Shown here: positions 46,340-61,089 of the stretch, one piece after another
Layout: each line of letters opens with the position of its first letter
How positions within the stretch are numbered: the stretch's first letter is position 1
Assembly: GCA_964187785.1 (NCBI GenBank)
Contig: OZ076418.1
Location: forward strand, 45,322,001-45,386,000
Length of the DNA stretch: 64,000 nucleotides
Direction: 5' to 3'
Source of the DNA: Amphiscolops sp. MND2022
Lineage: Eukaryota
Program-made: the position numbers and the translations under genes
The notes under the pieces: generated by a model
Database searches by the model: none
What the model saw: the letters and a program-made list of their open reading frames with translations, nothing else
What the model was told of the DNA's origin: nothing

Positions 46340-49300
46340 CACTGAAAGACAAACGTCAAATATAAACAAGAAACATGAATATTCATATCACCGTCAATAT
46401 TGATTTATACAACATGCCAGAAATTAATCATCAGTTTCTTCTGGCGATATTGCGCGCGTGTGTTGATGCAGGGTCTTTACTCAGGTATCGCCAGGGGTTC
46501 CAGGGAAAGAAGATGTTTTTCAAATATACTCGAAAACATGTCGATCACCTTGATGTTGGTGCCTCGAGGGTAGCAATGCATTGTTCAAAGTGTAGCTGTG
46601 CCTTTCCTAGCATGCTCTCGGAATTGGGTGGATTAATGACAAACACTTTGTACGACAATGCCGGCGTTACAACTGGAACAATTGATTTCATAAACCACTC
46701 GGCTCGTCCTGAGCATTGCAAGTGTGTCTCCAGTTCGGGCATGTATGTCATCAGTTTCCACATGGTGAATACAGGCTGCACACCGTTTGACTTGAACATC
46801 TTGGTAAACCTATCCATGAGGTTGCCACGATATCAAAGGAACATTTGGATAGGTTCTGTCTTGGCTAGCTTGTAGAATTCACCTGGTGTTGGCGGGTCTT
46901 TAAATGACCTTTGATATGGTGTTCCTGATCCTGATCAGAGGTGCTGTGAATTTGTGTATGTGTGGGGGGGTATTGGTTTCTTTTAAGGTTGCTGCAGACT
47001 TGCTTCATTCCTTTGTCGAAAACTTAACCGTGTTGTGATGTGTTGGATCCGAAAAACGCTGCCTATCACTACCGACTTTTTGTATTGCGTCGGAGCAATA
47101 GCTCAGATATTTGGAAATATCCTTTATCAGATGACTTGAATACACATGTACCCGTTATTCAACGTTATTTCGTCGCTGCGGGTCATTCTCATTCAGAAGG
47201 ACTATGGACTGTTCGATTTCCTCCTCTATCGTAAATTTCAGATTCGGATGTAATGCACTCAACTCGTTCAATATCCCTCCATCTATAGATATCGTGGATA
47301 TGTCAACTACGTATCTGGCTTGGCTTAAAAAGGCGTATCACCTTCAGTTCTGGATTCAAAACTGGACATTCAATTATTTGCTGAAATGAGACTCACTGGG
47401 GAGCCCATGGCAGCGCCGTCTAATTGTCTGAATGTTCCGATGGGATTCTCGATTTCTATATTCGTCACTGCTAACTTCGTCACTACTAACATAAATTTAA
47501 CGAAGGAATCCTCTTATTGCCCCCAAGTCTCTCAGAAACTGGAATCAAACTTACAAGCGTTCACAGACTTGACTGGCCTTCATTTTGAAACTTTTTGTGT
47601 TTTTGAACAACGGACAAGAACAGATTTTGCTGTACAGAGTTAAGTACAAATCGTTTACGTTTATTTCACAGAGCTTGGGTCGAAACCAGTAAAGCCAATA
47701 ACAACCGGGTACGTTATATCCGCATTACCTACTAAACGATCTTCGGTGCTGCTTTTCTTTCCTTCTGAAATGTAATTGGACTTGAAATGAATTTTCGGTG
47801 AATTATTTTTCCAGTGTCGGTGGTTTTTTAATGCTCCGTATCTATATTGCTGTTTGTAATTTTTTTCTGAAATTTACCTTCAAGTGATTTCTTGTCATGA
47901 TTCCTTCCAAAAAATTGAAAAACATAAATACTAATCGAATTTTTTTTCGGTGACTTTTCGGTTAGAGTCTTTTCTTCGTTTTTTTTGTTCGGGCCATGAT
48001 AATGTGGTTGGATACATCCCTGTCTCCGTTTCTGGGTACGTAGATTGGTATATTTGGTCAGTTATTCGCTGAAAAAAACATTCCTGAAAAATTAGAAAGA
48101 AACCATTTTCCGGCTTCTATTGAATTCGTTAGTTCGGTTCTTGGTTTCACAGACGTGGTGTAGTTCGAATGGCGTGATTTTTATTATGTATGTATTGTAA
48201 ATCGCATTACATTTAACGCTATATTTACGGATTCGCTCAGGCATTAATTGTCTTCCATGTTTGCAATTAATAGGTTCTTGAATGTTTGTATTGCACGTTC
48301 TACCGTTCTCGTACTGGTATATAATCTCGGTGTGCTAAATTCAATTCCTGTGTTCTTCGATTTGCAAAATTCTTCACAGTGTCTTGAAATGAATTCTCCG
48401 CCCTTGTCCGTTTCTATTTTCTCCGGGATTCCGTATGAACATACGTTTTGTTTCCGGAGTTTAATAATTCTTTTGTTTACGATGATTTGCAAATCTTTAC
48501 GGTTGGCCATTTGCTGAATCTGTCGTTGCAGATTAGGATTTGGTGTTCTCCGTTCAATTGTTTGTGATTTAGTTTTCCGGAAAAATCAATTTGGATTTCT
48601 TGTCCCGGTTCCGTTAGTGTTTTTAACTTTCCGAATTCGTTTTGGTATTTGGTAGTTTAAATTGTTACCCGATGCAATACAAGCTAGGCAGTTTTTGGTC
48701 TTCTCTTCTATTTTTTTTGACATATCCACCAGAATCGAAGGCTTCCGCTGTCATCTTCGTTGAAGGTCAGTCCCCACTTGTTTGACAGTTTTTCAAATGC
48801 CGCTCCATAGGTTTCTGGGGCTGTATTTTTCTCGCCTCGTCTCATCGCATCTCTGACCCAGTTCAGTTCGGCGTCCATTGCCGATTCAGCGATTACTGTT
48901 TTCAGGTCGAGCATAAAGTTGGATTCGGCCTTCTTGATTGCGTCGTCTGTGGCTTTTTTGTCCCCCTCCACTTTCTCGATGACTTGATTTATTTCTAAAA
49001 ATTGAGCCCCTTTTCCTTCGGTGTTGTATGTTTTTAGATCCACGATCGGGAAGATGTTTGGCTTTGCCCTCGCTTTCCGGTTCATTCTCTTCTTCCATTA
49101 TCTCCGGTTGTAGCTGGTCGTGGTTATTGTCGAAATCTTCTTTCACTATTCGGTCTTATAGTGGCTGGTAACCTCCGCCAAATCAGTTTGCCCGTGATAG
49201 AAATTCGTCGTCGATTTCTACGATTTCCTATCGACTTCCTTTGTTCGTTCTAGAGGGGACCCAGATTTGCGCGTTCATGTCGAAATTGCGGCGCCTTGTT

Positions 49301-52300
49301 CCTGGCCTTGAGCGTTCCAGTCTTCTCTCTACCTGTCAAAGGGTTTCGGGGCTCTTTCTTCTCCGTCTGATGATCTCCATGATCTGGGCAGTAGCGCCCC
49401 AGTGAAAGTAGTCCCGGTCCATCATTTCATTAAATAGGGGTAATTTCGGTGAGTAATTTGAATTTGAATATGAATTTAAGTCTGAATATAAAGTTCGGAA
49501 TATGTTTTCCGTTTCGATTTTCTCTCGGCGATTGATCGGTGTGAACTTCGCTTGATCCCATTTTATGTTCGCGTCTCGGGTTTTTCTCAAATGTTCTTTT
49601 GCGTTTTGATTGGTTGTCGCTTTTTGGTTCGTCTGTTTCATTCTTTCCGGTATAGTTTGTAATTGGTCTGCGAATTGTTATCCGTATTTGACTTTTAATT
49701 TGGTGGCTTGTTTTCAGAGGATGTTGATTACGTATTGCTCATCGTATACGTCCTCATTCGTTGCGTTCTCTACCAGATTTCTACTCAGTAGGTCGGTAAA
49801 CTTTAGATTACTTCCTGCGATGTGTTGTATAGCTATATCAAAGTGTGCGAGTCGGTCTAACCATCTCGCTAGTCTTGCGTTGTATTGTCGGTTGCACCGG
49901 TTTCTTTTAATCAAAGGTTCAAGTGGTTGGTGGCCTGTGTACAGGAAGCCTTTCTTTCCGTATAAATAAATTCTGAGGTGTTTAATGCCCCAAAAAACTG
50001 CCAAAAGTTCAAATTCTCCAATTAAACAATTAGTTTTTCATTTTCAATTAAATATCTGCTACCGAAAGCTATCGGTTTTATTTTTCCATCCGACTGTTTT
50101 TGCTATGATGTAATTCCGGGTCCGGTTTGCTCGCATCAGCTGTTACGATGTCATCTCTGTCTTCTGCGCAGTGGGCTACACAGGGTTTTTCCGTCAAAAA
50201 TTTCTTTTCGTTATTGAAATCTTCGTCTTGTTTTTCCCCGGTTCCATTTTGAATCCTTTTTTAGAAGTTTTTTGAGTCATCCGGTTCCTCACGATACTCT
50301 TGGTATAAACTTTGTGAGGTATTGTACTGCACCGAGAAATGCTTTCAAATGTTTCTGATTTTCCGGGAGTTTTAATTCCAGTATTGCTTTTACTTTTTCG
50401 GTGTGAATTCTCGATTTGTAAGTTTCATGTCCCAACCATTGGTTCTGATTACAAAAAATTCTGATTACGAAAAATTCGGCTTTCCTTTTCGTTTGCTCCG
50501 TATCCTGCGTTTTTTAGTTTTTCCAATACAACAAATAGTTTTTTCTCGTGTTCCGTCCGATTTCCTCTTGTATCCACTATGATGTCGTCCAGCCAAGTCG
50601 GTGTGGATTACTCTATAGTTCGGTAATTTTTTCTTGGAATATTGCTGGGATATCGGCAAGACCGCTGAATCCCTTTTTGAATCCATAATATCCACTGAAT
50701 TTCCCGCCGGTAATACAAATGGACATTGACGGTTTGTTTCTTTTTATAATTTCATCTGACCATAAGCGTAATCTAGGTCGGTTTTCGATATCTTGAGTTC
50801 TTTCGTTCGTTCTTTTCTATTTTCTACCGAACTTTGATTCAACAATTCTTCCATGTTTGGCATATGGATCTGATTTTCAAACAGCTATCATTTAATTTTC
50901 TTGAATCTTATGTAATCATTAGCAATTCGTCGTTTATTCCAGCGATTACTACTGGAGAAACTGAACAACCTTCATCCACGTGTTTAACTTTTTCTAAGTG
51001 TCTGGTTTTTAATCATTTCTCCAATTCTTTATCGACTTATGTTTGTAAGTGTAGTGGGATAGGTCATGCTTTCTGTTTTACCAGATAATGTCTCGGTTTT
51101 AACTGGATATTCAATTCGGTGTCTTCTATTGTAGTGTTGTTCTTGAATAGGTCCGGAAATGTTTCAATCATTCGCTTCTTTTCTGATTCGTTGTTTTCAT
51201 CCGCTCGGATTTTTCTGTTTGTTGAATATAATTTCTTCATATATTCTATTCCGAGTAGTGGTGTTATGTCATTTCTTTCGGTAATCAGTATTTGCATTTT
51301 CAGTTTGTTGTTCTCGTGTCCAATGTCTATCGGCATTTGTCCCTGAAATTTACTTCATTTTTTGACATCTTGGTAACGGTGTTTTACTTTTTGAAATTCA
51401 GTCTTCTTCAGTATGTTTTCATCTGCCGGCATTAGTAAAATCGGTGATCCAGTATCTACCACAAATTTTTTCTCAATACCATTCACTCTCTCGTTTGCCG
51501 TCAAGTATTTGTTTCTATCGGTATTTCTGTTTATCTTTTCAATTCTGTAGCTACTCGATTCTGATTCATCGGATTCTCCGCCAATTGTCGTTCCTTCTTC
51601 CTCGGTTACATTTCGCGCTTTGCATTTGTACCTCTCATTTTGTCTGCAAAATCAGGCAAAATGTCCTTTCTTCCCGCAGTTGTTGCAGAGTTTATCTAAT
51701 GCTGGGCATTTATGAGTTGGCTTCCAGTTCGGTGCGTTACAAAATTGGCACGGTTTATCGTTTACCATTCTGTTTTGCGGTCTTGATCCGAATCGTTCCA
51801 CCTTTTTTATTGGTTCTTCTTTTATTTTTCTTTCTCGGTTTGAGAATAAAGCTTCCTATATTGTTTTTCGATTTTGTTTTTCCGTATGTATTTTGTTCGA
51901 CCATTTCGATAGTTTTCTTCAGTTCGAGTTCATTTTCTTTCATTACCTTGTCTCGGAGTTTTGTATCCGTAATTGCGGTCAATATTTTTGAGATGAGTAG
52001 AGCTTCGGCTGTAATTCTTTCAAATACGCTTTCTTTTTAATTTCTATCAATCTCCGCCAGAAATCTTCTGGCGCTTCGGTTTCATTCTGTCTTTTTCAGA
52101 TAAATTGTTCGCGGTTGTGGTAGGTTTTCGTTTTGATAAAAAGTATTCATTGCAGAGTCGGATGATATCTTTCGCTGCGCTCTTGTCAGGTTCGGTTCTG
52201 TATTCAGCCCGTGTCATCTGATACACTGCTTCGGGGCCTTTGCCTCATGTGAAGTCTTCTTGTAATTCCGTTTCTTTGTCGGTCCAACCGTTTTGTGTTA

Positions 52301-52727
52301 ATTCAACTCCCCGCAGCAATACGGTGATGTCGATTTTGTACTTTCACTTTGTTTATTGTCGAAGTCTTTCGAGCCACTGTTTCGGTTTCATAATTCTTTT
52401 CCTGTCTGATATGGCCTCAAGGTTTGGTACTTCGATTTGTTTTGCTTCTGTTGTCAGTTTTTTCAATAAAGTTCAGTAGGTAATTAAGATGCTGACTGCG
52501 CCATGTTCTATATCTTGGTTTGAATAAGAAATAAAGTTTAAAACTAAGACTTTTCCTCAGTAAGCAATATGGCAACGCATGGCAGTGACAGCTGGACAAA
52601 AACGATGACATGCAGTGAAACGTCGACAAAAAGGCTTCACGATTTCAATGTCCCAAATTACGCAGAAATTTTCGTAATAGTTATAGGCCACAAAGCTGTA
52701 GTAAACTTGAAAGTTTTGATCGCCTGC
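46340..52727 (-). mobile_element. Gypsy-3: heavily degraded Ty3/Gypsy element
   Basis: Fragments in order: gag (51755..51982), protease/linker (51064..51336), RNase H (49714..50004, AVFWGIKH..RWLDRL), integrase (48244..48510, GIPEKIETDKG..VER). PBS TGGCGCAGTC at 52494..52503 next to a CA-ended probable LTR. Left boundary is approximate. Confidence 0.8.
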
Positions 52728-53698
52728 TGTTGGCGCCAGAGATCGAGGAACTAACTTAGATAAATTAGATAGTTGAAATCTTGAGTTCCACAACTTTCCA
52801 AAACACTCGAAACCATAATTCACTAACATGTGCTGTTGTGATTCTTTGAAGACAAATAACCAATTTGGTAATGGCGCTTAATGTTTGTTCCGAAGATCAT
52901 TGTACTTTGACTCTATTCGAACGAGAACGGTGGCGTGATTTGAGTCAAATGTTATCTATCCAACCTATCGGTCAAATTGCCGTTCTTATTGCAGTTTAAA
53001 TGATAGATTTACCTCTTCATGGAAAATTTTGGGAAAAATTTCCAAGTTGGAGGTGTGAGAAGTCCGAAAACGTGAAGGAAAAAGTGATCTTATGTAACTT
53101 TGTTATTTGAATATCCTGTGATTTCAAAGGTTATCAACTGTACATCCGCTGAGTAGAGTATAAATTTGGCCCATTGTGATACCATATTCAGAATGCTAAT
53201 AAAAATATTCGTGAAACTTAAATGTCATTGACAGCTGTTGAGTTGCTACCCCGGTTCCGGTTTAGACAGGTTGTGACTGGGAGGGTAGCTTTGCACTACT
53301 CAACAATCGAAAAAATAAATGATCAGCTGTTTTAGGAGTCCTAATCAATCAGAAAATGTCTCTTGAAATAGCAATATTGGGCGTAGTAGGTCTAAGATCT
53401 AGGAAAGCGTTCTATAATCGCTCATCGTTGTAGCGAGATCAAAAGCTCATCGTAAGAGCTATAGACGTGAAACGACAACCCTCTTTGGAGGCTTTGGTGA
53501 AAAAGGCTTTGTTGAGGACGGTCAATTTCAGTGTTTGGGCGTACAACCTCCGGGCAACGAAGAAGCGAGGCAAGTTTTCAGTCAAAAGAGGGATTGGGAT
53601 CGAAGTATTGCTCAGCCCAAAGAGTCTCAAGTTGAGTAACACGAAGCCGCTAGCAGCTAAGAACTCATTGAAGAAATACAGTCGTTTTGAAAATTACA
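52728..53698 (+). repeat. BEL 5' LTR
   Basis: TGTTGGCGCC..AATTACA, followed by TT and the PBS. Confidence 0.88.
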
Positions 53699-53699
53699 T

Positions 53700-56600
53700 T
53701 TGGTCCGCCGACCCGGACACTTATTTGGTTCGGAAAAATTGAATTGGGAGAACCACGAGAAAGGAGATGGCTTCGAAGTTGATACCGGAGCTCGATATAA
53801 CATGGTTCAAAGACGGAAAAGGTTGAAGGAGCTGAAGAAGTCGTGTGATCTTGCCAAGTGGAAAACTGACGTTGAGGTTTTAGATAATAGCTTCGTAACC
53901 CTGAAGGAGTTTGTCTCAACAGATCAATTCAGCAAGAAAACTGACTGGACTCCAGATACCAAGCTTGTCGTCTTGGGGAAACTCTACAGTGAGTTCTCTA
54001 CTGAAAAGCAAAAGTTCATGGACTTGATGAAATCGATCACATCCATGATGAAAACAAAGGTAGAGGAAGAGCTTTTAGCTCACCAAAAACGAATTCTCAA
54101 TGGATTGGACAAAGCATTGGAGCTATGGACAGCAAACAACTCTGCCTTCAAAAGGATTGTAACGAAATCAGAGCTCCTCATTACGAAAGTATCTATTGTG
54201 GAATATGGGAAGTTGGAAGACAAACAGCGAAGTATCCTTCAATCACAAGCGAAGTTGAAACGAGAGATACATGCTTTGATCGGACAAAGGGACAGAGTGT
54301 CAACGATACGGCAACTCCTTCAACGATTTACTCATCGACTAGAGGAACACAGAATGCTTCAACAACAGAAGCGACGACTCATCAAACCGCTTTTGCTTAC
54401 TTTTCAAAACGATTAACCTGATGAGCATGAGCAAGAGAAAGATCTACTAGGCTGGTTGAGCCACTCGAACAAACGCGAGCAGCAAAATGCCAGAGATGAA
54501 GAAAATCAATTGGTTCATCAAAATTTCGAAGATCACTTACCGGTGGCATCGAGGAAAGATGAAGAACGCGTCTAAAATGTGGAGACAACAATGATACTGT
54601 CACACAATGAAAATGAAGACGCTGAGACCGTTGCCGGGCAAGGAAATGCTGGAGCCATTGAAGGAACTCCAGCAGCGGACGCTCCCACAGAGACACCAAC
54701 CCTAATGTAGGGGGAGCTGAAGTCAGCGATGTATCCCCTCAAAAGGCATTCCCGATCACAGAAGATCCAGAGGATATCATGGGCAGCGCTAGAAAACGCT
54801 TGGGATCAATTCCTTCGTCTCGATCGTCTCGGAGACGTGTGGAATTTGAAGCACAAATCTTCGAAGAACAAACAGAAGCTCAGATCAGGAGGAAGGAGCA
54901 GGAATTGGACCTTGGACAAAAGCAACGACAGATTGACGATGATCGAGAAGAACTGTAGCTTGAAGAACTAAAATGCACCAAAGAGCTTGAGCTAAAGATG
55001 AAAAAGTTCGAGATATTGGAGCGAGTATCGTCAAGATCAAGTGTAGCGAGTGCGGCCCATTCAGATTTGGAAAAAGTGACATCAACCAGAGATTGGTTGG
55101 AGTCTTCTAGAAATTGTTTCAGCTACCAAACAGAGGATCAAATTGGACCTAAACCTGACAACAACGCCACCCGTGAGGCTTCGACTCTATTTCCACAGAC
55201 CAAAAACGATACAAAACCGGAAGAAACTTGAGACTAGAAGGACAATCACATTTGATTCACGGAAGGTGTTTGTACCGCAAACTGAACTGACGACAGCCAT
55301 GAGCATTCCGCAGAAAACACCGACACAATCGAGGGCACCGCATCAGTGGCGAGGCCATCAAGCGACATCATCAAGACCGATCACTACTCCTGCTGTAATG
55401 TCACCAAAGAAACTGCCGAAACTGGTTTTGGACAAGTTCGCCGGAGATCCTCTTGAGTGGCCTGAGTGGTCTGGACAGTTTCTAGCAACAGTGGACCAAG
55501 CTGGAGTACCGGACAGTGTCAAGATGAACTTTTTGAAAACTCTTGTCACGGGGAGAGCGAAATCATCAATAGACGGCATGAGCTTTTCTGGTGGCATGTA
55601 TCAAGTGGCTTGGCAAACACTTGAGCAAGATTTTGGTCGGCCAGAACTTGTTGTCAACGCACAACTGAAGAGGATCCAATCCTACGGATTCATCAAACCT
55701 CACGATGCGGTTGACATCATAAAGTATTCACAAGTGGTTTCTGGATGTGTGAACGTCCTGACGCAGTATGGATATGAAAGTGACATTGCTTCGGAGTCAG
55801 TGCTTAACAGTGCAGTGAGGAAACTACCAATCGAAATGACAAACAAGTGGCTCTCATACATGCAATGATTTGACCCAACATACAAGAGCATGAGGGTGTT
55901 CAGTGCCTGGTTGAAAAACATTGCTCAGGTACAAGAGAACATCCGCTTACAATTTGGAAATGCAAGTGACAAGACAAAACCAACAAATAGAGACAAACCG
56001 AAGACAACCAGTTTTGCTGCTACGACGGACTCCTCCACCAAAGGCAAACCCTCGTACCATTGAAAGATGGAGACCACGAGTTGTGGCAAGGTGAATCTTT
56101 CAAAAACATGAATCTGGCTGAACGACTCGAATCTGTGAAGAAATACAACCTGTGCTTTTCCTGTCTCGGTTCCGGTCATCGAATTGAACAATGCAAAAGC
56201 AACAGAGTTTGTGGCAAGGATGGGTGCGGTAAACACCACATTCGCCTGTTGCACAGTGAAGAAAAACCAGACAGCCGTAAAACGGAATCGAAAGGAGCGG
56301 AAGGTGAGCAACCTAACCCAGTAGCCATGGCGAACTCATGCAGTGGGATTTTGCAGATTGTGTCTTTGAGATTGTCACATGGAAACAAATCGTGTGACAC
56401 TTTGGCTGTTTGTGACACGACTTCTACGCTATCCTTCGTTGATGCAACACTGAAGAAAGAACTTCAAGCACAAGGTACTGGCTTGACTCTCAACATTGCA
56501 GGAATCAATGGCACGAAACAAAAGCAAAGCGAGAAAGTGAATATGGAAATCACAACTCCAACACTCGAGAAACTGTTTTGTTTCATGTGCATACAAGCAT

Positions 56601-59600
56601 GTTTCTGGGCAACAAGTCTTACGATTATCACTCTATCAAATAGAAATACATCTAGATGTCCTACCAAATGCACTTTTTGATTTGGGCAAAGTCAAGGTGG
56701 TTCTTGGGCAAGATAACTACCATTTGCTCTGTCCAATGGAATACAAGAAAGGACACAAAAATGAACCCTGGGCGGTCAGACAAAAACTGGGATGGACGCT
56801 CACTGGCGCGCTTCCAAAACTTGAAGTGGCCAATGTTGCATCAGCTACGAGTCATCTGGCATCAGAAGATCGTGAACTGAGAGCACAGCTTAAGTCCTGG
56901 TTCAGTATGGAATCATACGCGACGAGAGTGAATGTCAGCGGACGGTCAAAGGAAGATAAAAGAGCTCTAGCACAGTTGGAATAAACAACTAAATTGGTCG
57001 ATGGTAGATATGAAGTCGGCCTACCATGGGCTGAAGACAACGCGAAGATCGAAAATACCTACTTCCCAGCCCATTCACAGTTCTGCTCTTTGGAAAGACG
57101 CTTGGAAAAAGTTCTTTCAATGAGAGCTAGATATCAAGAGACAATTAAAGTAGATCTGGAGAATTAATTTGTCAGGAAACTGGATGAAGAAAAACTTAGA
57201 GAAACGAGGGATGAGACTCAGTGGTATGTGCCTCACCATCCAGTGATAAACACTCACAAACAAGAGAAAGTCCGAAGGGTTTGTAATGCTGCAGCGAAGT
57301 TCCGAGGAACTTCTCTGAACGATATGCTTCTCACGGGACCTGACCTCCTGCAAAACTTAGTGGGAATCATCTTCAGGTTCAGGGAGCATGCAATTGACCT
57401 GACAGCTGACATAGAAGCGATGTTCTTGCAAGTGAAAGTGCCACCGCAAGACTGCAAGGTGTTACGTTTCTTGTGGAGGAATCACCCAGATGATCCGATC
57501 TCCGTGTATGAATACACTCGGCACATTTTTGGAGCAAAGAGTAGCCCAACTTGTGCTAATTTTGCGCTGCAGAGAAATGCGAAAGACAACGAAAAAGACC
57601 ACCCCATGGCAGCAAAAACTATCCAGAGGAACTTTTATGCGGGCGACTTCGCAAAGTCAGTAAAGACTGAAGAAGAAGCGCGTTTTGTGTACCAAGACGT
57701 GAGGGAGACATTGAAGCTCGGAGGATTCAACTTGTTGAAAAGGATATGCAACAATGAAGCTGTGTTTAACTCGATACCGGGAAAAGATAGATAAGACGTG
57801 CTAAACAAGACCTTTGAGGCAGAACCGCATACCTTTTCGCTTTTGGGACTCCAATGGAAAGTAGAAGCAGACGAACTTGAAGTTTACCGTGGAGCTGACA
57901 AATTAGTGCCAGTGAAAATCACTCAGAGAGCAGTACTCTCTTTCGTAGCCTCTGTCTTAGAGCAACTTGGACTATTTGCCCTATACATAATGAGGATGAG
58001 GATGTTGTTAAAGACGATTTGGGCGAAGACAGGCCAACAATGGGATCAAGAAATCGACGATGACGATCAAGCAGTCTTCCTATTATGGGCTAAAGGATTG
58101 AATCAATTGCCAAATTCTCCACTGAGACACAGATACTTCATGCGTCAATTCGACAGAGTGGACTTGCACATCTTTTCAGACGCCTCCTTGGATTCAATGT
58201 GCATAGTTGCGTACATTAGAGCTCTGACATCAAACGGAACAGAAGTTTTCTTCGTGACGGGGAAGTGCCGAATAGCGCCAATGAAACAACAAACTATACC
58301 CAAGCTGGGGCTGCAAACAGCATTGTACTCCGTGAGACTTAGGCAGCTGATAGAGAAGGAACATGACATTAAAATGGATTCAGTGACCCACTGGACGGAC
58401 TCAATGACAGTGCTGAGGTGGCTTCATGCAGCACATAAGAAACAACAGGTGTTCGTCGCTAACAGAGTCGGGGAAATACTTGATCAATCAACTGTAGACG
58501 AGTGGCGACATGTGAAAGGCTCTATGAACCCTGCGGATATTGGACTCGAGGTGTCACTCTTGAGCAATTGCGAGAAAGTGAGTGGCTAAAAGGTCCGGCC
58601 TGGTTGCAAGATGAACCGGAGAACTGGTCAGAGCAGCAGTTAGTCGAAACCGAGGACGAACAAGTATGGACCATAGCCACCAGGCAGAGTATTCTTGATT
58701 GGACTAGATTCAGCCAATTTAAGCGATTACTCAATATGCTTGTCCACTGTCGAAGAATCAAAACCTAACAAAGAGGACCATTGATGCCCGATGAGCTGAA
58801 TTCAGCAGAATTGACGATCCTGCAACTCTCACAGCGGTAGAGCTACCCTGAGTTGTATAAGAAGCTCATCAAAAGTAGTGGGAAGCCTGCTAAGAATGAC
58901 TTGGCTAAATTGTGTCCTTTTCTAGACAAGCAGGGCACAATTAGGCTGAAAGGACGGCTGAACAAGTCAATGCTTCCTGATGAGACGAAGCATCCAATTC
59001 TTCTTTCAGCTAAACACCCTGCGATTATTTTTTTCTTGAGACAAGCTGACGTGGACAATCATCATGAAGGAACCGAGCATGTCAGAAACATACTCCAACA
59101 ACAATACTGGATAACTGGACTCAGAAACGCGTTGAGACGTATTAAGTACACCTGTGTACAATGTCGGAAAACTGCTTCACAACAATTTCGACCTCTCATG
59201 GCAGACTTGCCTAAGGAGCGAGTGCAGCAGAACGTGAATCCTTCAGCAACACTGGGGTCGATTACTTCGGACCCTTCGAAGTGGCATTCTTCAGGAAGAC
59301 AGCCAAGTACTGGTGTTGTCTCTTCACTTCCCTAGTCACCAGGGCAAGTCACATCGCAGTCGTGAACGGCTTCGACACAGACGCGTGCATGATGGCAATC
59401 ACGCGATTCATGGCAAGGAGAGGCAAGCCATTGAAAATCATCAGTGACAACAGTCCCAACTTAGTGGGAGCTGCACGGGAGTTCAAAGAGTGCTTCAGCG
59501 AATGGAATCAGGATGCTATTTCGGAAAGTCTTGCGAAGCAGCGCGTCGTTTGGCAATTCAATCCCCCCGGAGCACCACATTTCGGTGGTACATGGGAGCG

Positions 59601-60160
59601 ACTTGTGAGAAGTTGCAAAAAGTCTATGAATGCTATCTTGGGAAGTCGACGCTTGAATCTACCAGTACTCACCACAACGATGTGTCTGGTTGAAGAGACG
59701 CTAAAATCAAGACCTTTGACGCCTGTCAGTGATGATCCAGAAGATCTGGAGGCATTAACGCCTAACCAAATTCTACTGGGCAGACGTGCAATTTCTGAGC
59801 CACTTTTTCCGGATGCATCAAGATTTGTGAACTGTCGAAAGCTCTACAGAGTGTCTCAAGCCTATCATGAAATGATATGGAACAGATGGGCTTGCGATTA
59901 TCTGCCGAAATAGAACGTGCGACCGAAATGGGGGAGCAATGATGGGCGAGCCCTCAACATTGGTGATCTGGTGTGGGTCATCGATGAGTCAGTCAAGCGG
60001 TCAAAAATCAAATGGCTAGAGTTTTGGATGTCTTTCCCGGCAGTGATGGAGTGGTGCGATCGGCAAAGAACCAGACTTCAAATGGGAGATTCGTTCGACC
60101 CGCTGTGAAGCTGGCGCCACTATTTGACGATTGTTTCCAGAGAGAAAACAGGGCCGGCGA
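53700..60160 (+). pseudogene. BEL/Pao gag-pol, multiple stops and frameshifts
   Basis: FAGDPLEWPEW gag; CFSCLGSGH..C..CGKDGCGKHH knuckles; PHHPV..LNDMLLTGP..FGAKSSP RT; FSDAS..WTDS..FVANRV..NPAD RNase H; SDN..GGTWERLVRS integrase. Confidence 0.93.
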
Positions 60161-61089
60161 TGTTGGCGCCAGAGATCGAGAAACTAACTTAGATAAATTA
60201 GATGGTTGAAATTTTGAGTTCCAAAATTTTCCAAAACACTCAAAACTCAAAACCATAATTCACTAACCTGTGCTGTTGTGATTATTTGAAGACAAATGAT
60301 CAATTTGGTAATGGCGCCTAATGTTTTTTCCGAAGTTCATTGTACTTTGACTCTATTCGAACGAGAACGGTGGAGTGATTTGAGTTAAATGTTATCTATC
60401 CAACCTATCGGTCAAATTGCTGTTCATATTGCAGTTTCATCGATAGATTTACCTCTTTATGGAAAATTTTGGAAAAGTGATCTTTTGTAACTTTGTTATT
60501 TGAATATCCTGTGATTTTAAAGGTTATCAACTGTACATCCGCTGAGTAGAGTATAAATTTGGCCAATTTTGATACCACATTCAGAACGCTAATAAAATTA
60601 TTCGTGAAACATGAATGTCTTTGACAGCTGTTGAGTAGCTACCCCGGTTCCGGTTTAGACAGGTTGTGACTGGGAGGGTAGCATTGCACTGCTCAACGAT
60701 CGAAAAAATAAACGATCAGCTGTTTGAGGAGTCCTAATCAATCAGAAAAGTTCTCTTGAAACAGCACTATTAGGCGTAGTAGGTCTAAGATCTAGGAATG
60801 TTTTCTATAATCGCTCATCGTAGTAGCGAGATCAAAAGCTCATCGTAAGAGCTTTAGACGTGGAACGACAACCCTCTTTGGAGGCTTTGGTGAAAAAACA
60901 CTTTGTTGAGGAGGGTCAGTTGCAGTGTTTGGGCGTACAACCTCCGGACAACGAAGAGGCGAGGCAGATTTCCAGTCAAAATATGGATTGGGATCGAAGT
61001 ATTGCTAAGCCCAAAGAGTCTGAAGTTGAGAAACACGAAGCCGCTAGCAGCTGAAAACTCATTGAAGAAAAACAGTCCTTGTGAAAATT
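60161..61089 (+). repeat. BEL 3' LTR
   Basis: Diverged copy of the 5' LTR (many substitutions, a deletion of about 45 bp); terminal ACA not seen. Confidence 0.85.
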
